Of a DNA stretch of 36,661 bases, positions 22,558-31,871 are shown in pieces; positions within the stretch are counted from its first letter, which is position 1; every line of letters starts with the position of its first letter. The notes beneath the pieces are model-generated. The model was not told the DNA's origin, did not search any database, and worked only from the letters and a program-made list of their open reading frames with translations. Origin of the DNA: Asterionella formosa (taxonomy: Eukaryota); assembly GCA_002256025.1 (NCBI GenBank), contig NKIB01015301.1:1-36661 (forward strand). The letters are read 5' to 3'. The position numbers and the translations under genes were made by a program.

Positions 22558-22710
22558 CATGGTGCTGTTGTGATGCACAAAAAGGATTCGGATGCCGCGA
22601 CTAACAACATGTTTTGTATTCAGACCGACAGAAAATTTGTTACAAATAAATATAAACCAGTATATACTATTCTTGTAACTCTCACACCCGACTTGGCTGC
22701 TCCAAGAAAT
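22558..22710 (+). repeat. Repeat family B, copy 1 (inverted relative to 25531-25671)
   Basis: Colinear shared blocks CATGG, TCGGATGCCGCGACT, ACATGTTTTGT, GAAAATTTGT, TGTAACTCTC, CCGACTT, TGGCTGCTCC, AGAAATT. Confidence 0.8.
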
Positions 22711-25399
22711 TAAGTGATAACCAGCAGACCGAATATTGTAGCACATCATTGTCCATCAGAATCTCACTCGTCCTCTTGCGCATTTTTGTACCGCCTCCTC
22801 TCTCTTGCAGAAGCAGCAATAACAATACTATGAGGAATGGGATAATTTGCAAGATAACTGACAAAATGAAAATCCAAGAAACATCCTTCAAGGCAGATAA
22901 CAGCAACCAGGCAAGGAATCAATTGGCAAAGATTTCAATCAATGCTACAATTATCAACAGAGCACCAGCCAGCAGGACTGGGGGAAGCAACAAACGGGTA
23001 GTTAAATGGACAGGTGTAGTGATGGAGATGAGGCAAATTGCGATTCGCAGATGCATGGTTGGGAGATCAATTTTGGAATAGTAAGCCATTGCATGCAGAT
23101 TGCCTAGTAAATGGCCTACAGATCCGTCAGATTGTTGTCAAAGTGCCCCAAAATATGTAAAAACCCAGTAGTCTCTAAGAATCATTAATTTCTATTGTTT
23201 GTTATCATTATACCTGTTCAATAGTTCACCAATGCAACCAAAAGCGCAACCATTGTCGATCAGCTGGTTGATTTAACATTGCTGTGGTTTTCTTGTGCTA
23301 TAATGTGCTTGAGGGGTATCTCAATGGCCGATTTTCCAAAATATAAAAAGATTGACATAAAGTAGTACTATAGGCATGATTTGTTGAGAGGCTCCACTAA
23401 GATTTCAGTGAAACTCGAAGAAGAAGTTTCACCTATAGGAATAATAGTTAAAACAGCCAAGAAAATAAGGTTGCATGTATAGTAGGAGTGAATATTTAGA
23501 GGAGATTGTAGTTCATCTTTTCCTATGGTAAACGGAGAAAAATAATTTTGTTGGTTGGCATTTGTTGACCAGTTTTTGGACGCCCCTCGCACATGTGATG
23601 CATAAGGTAATCATGCGTCATGTTACCAATAAACCGATCAGCATTATCAATGATGGTTGCATTGGATGAATAACTATAACAAATAAAACAACATGGATGA
23701 GGCCAATATTCTAACTAGCTAGCACAGTTTCTAGTCAATAAGTGGCTGATGGTATGATAACGGGAACGCACTATATTTATAGAGCATCTATGTGGTATGC
23801 ATCATCCCCCATTTTAGTGAGTATGTAAGGCTGCAGATGGAAAATTTCCATTAAATTTTTATACTACGTTAAAGCTATCCAATAATCGTACTCTTGCCAA
23901 CTTGAATGGACACAATTAGTACCGGTTTTATTCATCCATACAGTACAACGTGACCTGTCTCTTCACCAGCCTTTCCCCGGAACCCTAGGGACTATATAAA
24001 AGAAAGACTGGTGAAAAAATTCAGGAATCTAACCCTGCTGCACCTCATGAAGTGTGCTTTCCAATTAAACCATTCCCTTAAGGCTGCAGATGAATAGGTT
24101 TATTGTAGATTGTTGGACGCAAAATCCTTTTTTTTTGATACCACAAAATATTCCAAAAAGAACTTACTTTGGATGCAACACTATTCTTCAGCAGCACCTC
24201 CCAAATCGGGCCATCTGTAAATTTCCCAACACATGCTGGTCCCTTGGTTTCTTGGGTGCAATCAAATCATTGTCGCATCATCTTCTTCCTGTTCCACTTG
24301 TCATCAGCCCTCTTCCATGCAGTCACTCACCATCGAATCACGAACACCTCCTACTAATGGAAATTTATGAAGCAAGAGGGAGAGTTTGCTGAGCGAAGCT
24401 TGGAGTGGTTACTACACATCAAACCCAAACAATCAACCTACAGACAAGAGTTTGCTTTGTCACTGTCAAGGTCTCATCATTCAACGGGCTTAATAACCAA
24501 ATGTAACACTTACTGTGGTGCCACCCAACAATGTTGGGCTTTGTATGCTGTGCAAGGCCGATTGTCAAACTACAGTGGCAGAGGAATGATCATGGCTGAT
24601 GAAGCAACTAACAACAATGTGACAAGTGTATCATACATGGTGGGTCAGGTATCAGTATTTGAAAAAGCTTCATACTCCTTCCTGCATGCTGGGTTTCTTT
24701 GCGTAGATTTGTACATGCTAGTAGTACTCCCTAGTATCACTTACTTTTTCTCTGCTCTGCTTCTAGTAGTAGCCTTCCTCCTAGAAAAGCTAATTGGCCT
24801 TCCTGTCAATTCACACACTGTTCCCTGAATTGATAATCTAAAAATTATAAGCTAAGCTAAAGTTTCCTTTCTATGCATCTTTGCTTCCCACAATGTCGTT
24901 CTAAGACACTATATTCAGCTGATTGGCATGGCAATGCAAGATTTGACTCATTGGATTACAATCGAGTCCACAATCCTCTTGACTTAAGCTAATTTTCTTG
25001 ACAACAGTAAACCACCCTGCAAGAAATGCACATCTTGAGAAGCAACTTACTCCATGGTTCATATCTTGCCAGTCATGTTCATTGTTTCTATTCAAGATTT
25101 TTTTTAAATTCATCGCGGTTTTGTCAATTTACTTACGATTTTACTATTACCTACTATTTATTCAAATATTACATGTGCAATTTGATCGCTCATCAGAGCA
25201 GCCGGCCGATTCACGAACTTCCTCCGTCTAACTTTTAAGCAATGACTTGCTGGTAAGCTGCGTTTTGTATGCTTTGTTCATTTTAATATATGCATTGGAT
25301 AAAAGCACCCAGAAAGTCATTGACCTGATCGAGATCTCAGTCCGCTGCAGGACCAAAATTCTACAGTACCAGGTACCTGGTACCAGGCAGGTACAGGTA

Positions 25400-25499
25400 C
25401 CAGCAAGTTGCGGTCATTTTGCATAAATACGTGATTTTATATGAGATAAAGTCAGCTAAATATTTATCTTCTTTCAGCAAAATGACCGCAACTTGCAGG
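25400..25499 (+). mobile_element. MITE-like family A, copy 3 (most intact, about 100 bp)
   Basis: Perfect 20-bp inverted repeat GCAAGTTGCGGTCATTTTGC (25403-25422) and 25477-25496; left end TA|CCAG; preceded by a CCWGG-TA array at 25367-25399. Confidence 0.8.
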
Positions 25500-25530
25500 G
25501 ACCAGGTACCTGTTATACAAGGGCACCCCA

Positions 25531-25671
25531 AATTTCTCGGAGCAGCCACGGAAGTCGGAGAGAGAGTTACAGGATTACCGTTAGTATACAAATTTTCAGT
25601 CTGTAGGACAAAACATGTAACCAGTCGCGGCATCCGACCAGTATTTCTACATCACTCACAAGAGCTCCATG
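25531..25671 (-). repeat. Repeat family B, copy 2
   Basis: Reverse complement aligns by eye with 22558-22710. Confidence 0.8.
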
Positions 25672-26067
25672 CGTTTCAGGTTCGTAGATCATTGGTACAT
25701 AGATACTAATGACGACGTATTTACTTCGTATCAGAAAGACGCCCACCGGTATGTTCATGCAACCAATAGACCAAACTCGCGCTTGTCGGAGTTCTTCGGC
25801 TCGCTAAACGTCGTCCCAACTCGCTGGCGAGTCTCCCTTGACACAAATGTACCGAAATTTGCGTCCGTTGAGCTGAACCGTGGCATTGGTGTTCTTTGAC
25901 CGGTACCGGTATGATATATATTGGAGGAATCTTCCTTACCTGGTACCCGTACCTGGAAGCTGATGGATGGTGTACCATGCAATTTAGTCTAAACAATATT
26001 CGCCTAAATTTCTGTGCCACGAAACAAGATAACAGAATAAGCTTTTATTTCACAGCCGCAAGCAACG

Positions 26068-28246
26068 ATGAAGATGATAAAAGTTCCATCGACAATGAAA
26101 GTCCATGATAATCAGTACAGCAGGGCAGGTATGTTAAGTTTTGAGGAGCTTCGTGATGACATGACCAAATATCTTAACAATCTGTGTGTATGTTTCTATT
26201 GCAGGACAAATGGATACCCGAGATCCGCCTCCTTTGGCTTGGAGCATGCCAATCCAATGCGCTTGCGGAAAGCCAATTGTCCCTTCGGATAACCGAAAGA
26301 AAAATACTTCTTCTCTCGATGCCTTTGGAGGACTCTGCTACCCAAGTCTACTCATAACAGCTGTTACATCTTTCAGCGAAGAACGCAAAGAATCATCGTA
26401 CCATCATGAAAAGAATTCATTGGGTTTCCCGACAAGAAAGGGTGGCTCGTCAGCGTTAGATCAAAGTCTTAATGATCTGGGCCATATGTGTCACATGTGT
26501 GCGCAGCGATACAGAGACCAAGCAAGCATCCAAATTCTAAAAGAAGCCGTAAGTTTCTTTGTTTCGACAGGGGGGTGCACTTTAGAAAGGTACAAAGCTC
26601 ACCATTTGTAATTGTTGTTGAAAAATCAGATAAGTGGAAGCCAACTTGCTTCTGCCGCAAAAGGTCAAGATGAAGCTGGTGCTCTCACTATTCCACTTGG
26701 GCAAATTGAATTCTACAAGAATCGACAGATACAATTTGAGGAAATCAATCAACGAAGCCGTTCAGACTTTTTAGCCAAGTTGAAATTGAACTTGGCACCT
26801 ATTCTGCCCACAGCAAGGAATCGCTCGATCCCAATGCGAGCAAGAATACCCGCAGTATCAAGACCTTCAAATCAAGTGCTTACACAAACTTCAATTCCAC
26901 CTCTGTCACCAATCCTAACGAGATCATATTCCGATGGAACCATTGAGTCTTTGGTGGCTTTAACACTTTCGCCTAAATCTATTTTGAAGCAATCCACATA
27001 CGCACCAACTGGTATCGACATGAAAGCATCAACCTGCTCGTGTGACATGAGCACCACCACCAGGGGATCTACTTTAACCCAGTTGGCCAATAATGCAAAG
27101 TACAATCAACTTTATTCCACACTGGAAGCAGAATCTTCTGTGGAGGAAGCCCAAGGTCTCAGCGAAGGACTTTTGGAGGCTCTGTCGCAGGAAAGTCATC
27201 TTGAAATGACACTCCTGAATATAGTGAGTGTGGGGTCGGATGGGATAGAGTTGATCGAGCTGGAGACGTTGGACGATTCAGACGAAGCACTTGTAGAGTT
27301 TGTTGAGAACAAGCTCCAAGGACTACTAGACAATCCATCGCCACTGGGAAGTCAGGCAAACGAAGCACTTGTAGAGTTTGTTGAGAACAAGCTCAAAGGA
27401 CCACTAGACGATCCATCGCCACTGGAAAGTCAGACGAACGAAGCACTTGTAGAGTTTGTTGAGAACAAGCTCCAAGGACCACTAGACGATCCATCGCCAC
27501 TGGAAAGTCAGACGAACCAAGCACCTGAAGTAGAGTTTGTTGAGAACAACCTCCATGGACTACTAGACGATCCATTGCTACTGGAAAGTCAGACGAACGA
27601 AGCTCTTGTAGAGTTTGTTGAGAACAAGCTCGAAGGACTACTAGACGATCCATCGCCACTGGAAATTCAGACGAACAAAGCACCTGTAGAGTTTGTTGAG
27701 AACAAGCTCGAAGGACCAGTAGACGATTCATCGCCACTGGAAAGTCAGACGAACGAAGCAGTGGTAGAGTTTGTTGAGAACAAACTTGAAGGATCAGTAG
27801 ACGATCCATTGCTACAGGAAAGTCAGACGAACGAAGCCACTGTCGAAAAAGAGACTATTCGTGCCCCCCTCTCTCTTGACGCGGATCGCGTACGCTATTT
27901 TAGCATTTTCGATTATGAGAAAGTAGTGGTTGCCGTCTCCACAGAAGAAGCGGAAGCTCAAGCTGCTGCTTATAGAATTTGTCCCGAACAAGGCGCTGAA
28001 TGTAATGGCAAGAATCCCAATATCTTTCAATTACGTACCACTGTATTTGGTGAATCCCAATCTAGCAGAGTTGAGGGGAGAGATGATGATGGGGATGGCT
28101 CGGAATGCTCAATCATTGAGGTACAAGGAACAACGAACGAGAAAACTGGCGTGGAACGAACCATTAGTGAGGAAAGGGTGGGTTGGTTCACAGATTGTCA
28201 CATTTCTACCTTTGTCTTAACCTTGTGTCACAGATATCGAGGATAA
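26068..28246 (+). CDS. Hypothetical protein with Cys-containing N-terminus and acidic 26-aa tandem repeats; exons 26068-26128, 26205-26548, 26630-28246 (possible extra intron 28178-28233 extending to TGA 28314)
   Basis: Phase-compatible introns 26129-26204 (GTATGT..TTGCAG) and 26549-26629 (GTAAGT..CTCAC..CAG) join three ORFs and remove the TAA at 26609-26611. Confidence 0.65.
27283..27839 (+). repeat. Coding minisatellite, 78-bp unit x about 7 (EALVEFVENKLQGPLDDPSPLESQTN)
   Basis: Unit starts at 27283, 27361, 27439, 27517 (81-bp unit), 27598, 27676, 27754 and a partial unit at 27832. Confidence 0.95.
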
Positions 28247-28358
28247 AAGTATGTTGCACATTGTCGCGACCCGATTACGACGAAAACAGACCAAGAAAAA
28301 GGAGTGTGGGGTGATTTTACAATTAGTTAATATACACAATTACAAAAATGCGAGTTTT

Positions 28359-29918
28359 TTAAATTTCCATATCAGAAGTATCCTTAGCCGCAACTACCGA
28401 TATTCTTGCATTTTCCAATAGGTCTGAATGAATCCGCTCAATGCTTAATGTACAAACTTTGGATGCGTCATTTGTCAAAGTTTGCATGGCATATTCCGAC
28501 GATTCATGTTCCATGAGAGAAATGATTCGGGCCCACCCCGGAGTGGTCAATACATGTGCCATTGTCATGTCATCGTGGCTACAACAGACCAATGACATGG
28601 ATTGTTGATTTGCTTCTGCCTGATACAACTGTACATCTGCTTCATTATTGGCATCATACCAAATAACCCTCCAATCCAAAAGCGCGTTTCTCACCCATAA
28701 GCAAATCTCTTGCTGATCTGATAGTAGATGCAATTGCTTGGGTGGTGTTTTTTGTCGAAACACATGGATTATTGCTAGAATCGCTCGTCGAACACCAGAA
28801 CCAATCAATTCAACCATTGACACTGTAGATACTAGCAATGATGGTGGCGTGTCATTGGTAAAATCCTCCACTTTGGTTGCGTCATTTTTGTCGTCGTCGA
28901 CATGTTGGAGCTCGTTGTATAGTTGTTCCATTTTAGTAGCAAGCACTGTAGCAAGGGCACCTCGTCCATCCATGTAGATTGTCGTCATGGGACTTTCAAG
29001 TAGTCCTAGTAAGCTTGTAGGACATGGTCCTGTACCAACAATGAGAGTAGCAATGTCCCCCTTTTGTCGCAAGACACGCTGCGCCAAAATATTGGCAGCT
29101 AACAAAGGAAAGGTAGTAGTTTGTTTGAAGTACGTGGCTATAGACTGCGAAATATCAGCCTGGAGGACTACCAAAGAAGATTCCAAAGTATAGGAGCAAT
29201 CTCTTAGCGGCATTTGATGTAGGTCGTTTAGATTCACTGGAATTGCGATTGGAATCATTTTAACATTGTTCTGTCTCGACGAACGCAAATTACCAAGACT
29301 AAGTACAACATGTTCGTTTCTGTTGGTTCTATTTGTCTGGGTAGGAGTATCATGTTGCGTTGGTGACAAGGCAGAAGCGTCTGCGGCTATCGATTTCTGT
29401 TGTTCTTCTCGTTGTTTTCGATACAATACATATGCAGTCACAATCCCAGCGCCCATGAGCATAAATCGAGTCCGTCTCATGGCTTCGGCGAGTGGCGTTG
29501 GTAATGTCTGTTGACCGAGCCCCGTCAAGTATTGTTTTGGTGGCAAGGCACTGATTGTATTTGAATGTGACGACATTGTTGATGACGATACAGTAGATGG
29601 ATACTTCAACAACGCACGTTGATTCTGAACTCTAGCTCTTTGAACACTATCATTGAAGGACAGCACTTCTCCTTGGTTCGGAATGTCATACGGCACGACC
29701 TTGTGAAACTGAGTCGGTAACAATGGAAAGGAAGCAATCATGGTGGGCCCAGGGGAGGCTCCAATGACACTTAATGGCAAGGAACATGAGGCGTAAAACA
29801 CGGATGGAATGATGTACCGTAGGACGGAGGCTTCCTTGGAAGAATCAGCATGCCCGAATACCGAAGCTCCTTCGATGACTCCAGCAGTCCACGCGGCGGC
29901 AAAAAACACTTCTGCCAT
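28359..29918 (-). CDS. Hypothetical membrane protein; C-terminus weakly resembles an RCK/TrkA-N fold
   Basis: 519-aa ATG ORF with hydrophobic segments near the N-terminus and at about aa 150-167; C-terminal LHLLSD..VRNAL..RVIWYD..LVCCSHDD..ARIISLM pattern. Confidence 0.7.
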   Translation of the reverse strand: MAEVFFAAAWTAGVIEGASVFGHADSSKEASVLRYIIPSVFYASCSLPLSVIGASPGPTMIASFPLLPTQFHKVVPYDIPNQGEVLSFNDSVQRARVQNQRALLKYPSTVSSSTMSSHSNTISALPPKQYLTGLGQQTLPTPLAEAMRRTRFMLMGAGIVTAYVLYRKQREEQQKSIAADASALSPTQHDTPTQTNRTNRNEHVVLSLGNLRSSRQNNVKMIPIAIPVNLNDLHQMPLRDCSYTLESSLVVLQADISQSIATYFKQTTTFPLLAANILAQRVLRQKGDIATLIVGTGPCPTSLLGLLESPMTTIYMDGRGALATVLATKMEQLYNELQHVDDDKNDATKVEDFTNDTPPSLLVSTVSMVELIGSGVRRAILAIIHVFRQKTPPKQLHLLSDQQEICLWVRNALLDWRVIWYDANNEADVQLYQAEANQQSMSLVCCSHDDMTMAHVLTTPGWARIISLMEHESSEYAMQTLTNDASKVCTLSIERIHSDLLENARISVVAAKDTSDMEI

Positions 29919-30112
29919 TGTATTTTTAAAAAATATTACTTATACCCGAGTATTATTTTTCTTTCTGTTTTCCCTTGTTTTATAAAAATTGAAATTTCTG
30001 GACTTAAAAAGTCCCATGTTTTTAGTGTATGTAAAAAATTGAAGAATTGTCGGATCTGTTGATCATTGATCTCATAAAACATCGTCAGTCGCCATTAAAC
30101 AACAACAACAAC

Positions 30113-31792
30113 ATGTGCATTCTACCACAATCACCTCAAGACGACAGCACTCATTATCATGTTGTATCACGTCTTGGTTACATACAAGAGCTTCGACAAC
30201 AATTGAAAACATCAGGACCTGCCATGTTGAGTATGCTTCTCAATAAGATTCCATGGCTAATATCGTTACGATTTGTGGGAAACATGGGTTCCAATGCCCT
30301 AGCGGCAGCTGCACTGGCAACCACGTTGTGCAATGTTACTGGCATGAGTCTAAGTATTGGATTCTCGAGCGCCATGTCAACACTGACAGGACAAGCTCGA
30401 GGGGATTGGCTGTCTAGAAATCAATCGCAGCGGCAGTTTGCAACAACAAATGATAATCGAGCACAAAAAGAGTCAGAAGAAAAGGCTCCTTTTCTATCAG
30501 AAAATGAATCATTCGCATCACAGCAGCCACTGCTGCCGTTGATGTATCTCTATCGAGGAATGTTCATTCAACTCGTATTGATAATACCAGTTGGATGCTG
30601 GTGGTTACATGGCATCAAACCATTGCTCGTTGCACTTGGTCAAGGCGAGATCTTATCAGAAATGACACAAGACTATATCAGAATACTGACAATCGCATTA
30701 TGGGCATATTCAACCAATTGGACCATCACTTCATGGCTGCAGGCGATTGAAATGGCTGATGTCCCGGGATATACTGCCATGGTTGGATTAGTGTTTCATA
30801 TTCCATTTAATATTCTCTTTATTCATTTCATGGGATACTTGGGTGTCGCCATGGCGACAGCTGCCTTCCAAGTTGTTCAACTTTTGAGTGTGACTGTTTA
30901 CTTGATGGGAACTAGTGCTGGAGTTTCACGAGTTCTGAAGCAGTGTGGTGCACATGCCAGCATTACAAAAATTCCCTTTAGAAGGGAAGCTACTCTCGCC
31001 TTATCCATACCTGGCATTTTGCAGTACTTGTCTCTTGCCATTCCTGGTATTGTCATTATCAGTGAATGGTGGGCCAGCGAAGTATCCATATTCTTGTCTG
31101 GAACACTCATGCCCAACCCCAACTTGGCACTGGATGGAATGACCATTTACCAATCCATCAATACGTTTTGTTTCATGTTTCCTGTTGGTTGCAGTGTGGC
31201 GGGATCTACTCGAGTTGGAGCATTTTTAGGTTCTGGAGATGCACATGGAGCCGCCATGGCTGCCAAAGTGAGCGTCATGAGTGCATCAGTGCTTAGCGCC
31301 ACCATGGGATTGATTCTGTTTTGGACACCTCATTCGTTCTTCCCATCATTCTTTTCTCCAGATAACGAGGTGGTGGACGAAGCAAGTCAACTAATACCAC
31401 TACTGGCAATCTATGTATTTGGTGATGGAATTCAATCTGCATGCAATGGAGTTATCAAAGGCTGTGGACGCCAATGTATTGTCATGCCCATTGTTGTGTT
31501 TGCCTATTGGATTGTTGGTGTTCCTCTGGCATATTATATTTCGTTTACTCTACACAATGGTGTCATGTGCGAGGATAGCTACTTTTGTGGTGTCCGAGGG
31601 TTAGTGACAGGTATGACAACTGCAACATTCGTGCACATGTTACTGTTGGCCCTGGTGGTGCTGTGTACTACCAATTGGAACTTGGAGGCCAAACGGGCGA
31701 AAGAGAGATTGTCAGTAGATGACCATGAAGGGGATCAAGAAATGACATCTACTTTGAATATCCCGGACGTTCGTGATGAAGGTGTCTTGTAA
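30113..31792 (+). CDS. MATE (DTX/NorM-like) efflux transporter
   Basis: SLRFVGNMG..ALAAAALATTLCNVTG.S..G.SSAMSTLTGQA.G, EWWASE, STRVG..LG.G, DGIQ...NGVIKGCGRQ, YWIVGVPLA, TNW..EA; first ATG at 30113. Confidence 0.95.
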   Translation: MCILPQSPQDDSTHYHVVSRLGYIQELRQQLKTSGPAMLSMLLNKIPWLISLRFVGNMGSNALAAAALATTLCNVTGMSLSIGFSSAMSTLTGQARGDWLSRNQSQRQFATTNDNRAQKESEEKAPFLSENESFASQQPLLPLMYLYRGMFIQLVLIIPVGCWWLHGIKPLLVALGQGEILSEMTQDYIRILTIALWAYSTNWTITSWLQAIEMADVPGYTAMVGLVFHIPFNILFIHFMGYLGVAMATAAFQVVQLLSVTVYLMGTSAGVSRVLKQCGAHASITKIPFRREATLALSIPGILQYLSLAIPGIVIISEWWASEVSIFLSGTLMPNPNLALDGMTIYQSINTFCFMFPVGCSVAGSTRVGAFLGSGDAHGAAMAAKVSVMSASVLSATMGLILFWTPHSFFPSFFSPDNEVVDEASQLIPLLAIYVFGDGIQSACNGVIKGCGRQCIVMPIVVFAYWIVGVPLAYYISFTLHNGVMCEDSYFCGVRGLVTGMTTATFVHMLLLALVVLCTTNWNLEAKRAKERLSVDDHEGDQEMTSTLNIPDVRDEGVL

Positions 31793-31871
31793 TTTCATTT
31801 TGCAATAATTGGTGTTTCCTCTATTTTCAAAGTTTTGGGAATTTTTGGGTTTCGGGGCGACATTGAGTCAT

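Noticed and set aside
23826..24092. 14-bp direct repeat TAAGGCTGCAGATG at 23826 and 24079
   Set aside because: Only two copies with no extended similarity; cannot be assigned as a TSD or LTR
24367..24828. 153-aa ORF inside the gene-free region
   Set aside because: No recognisable domain, and it lies in repeat-bounded, decayed-looking DNA
26609..26611. In-frame TAA between ORFs 26186-26611 and 26612-28246, suggesting readthrough
   Set aside because: It falls inside a well-formed phase-0 intron (26549-26629)
27283..27839. Regular repeats that might be a CRISPR array
   Set aside because: The units are contiguous 78-bp tandem copies with no unique spacers, are in frame inside a eukaryotic ORF, and no cas genes are present
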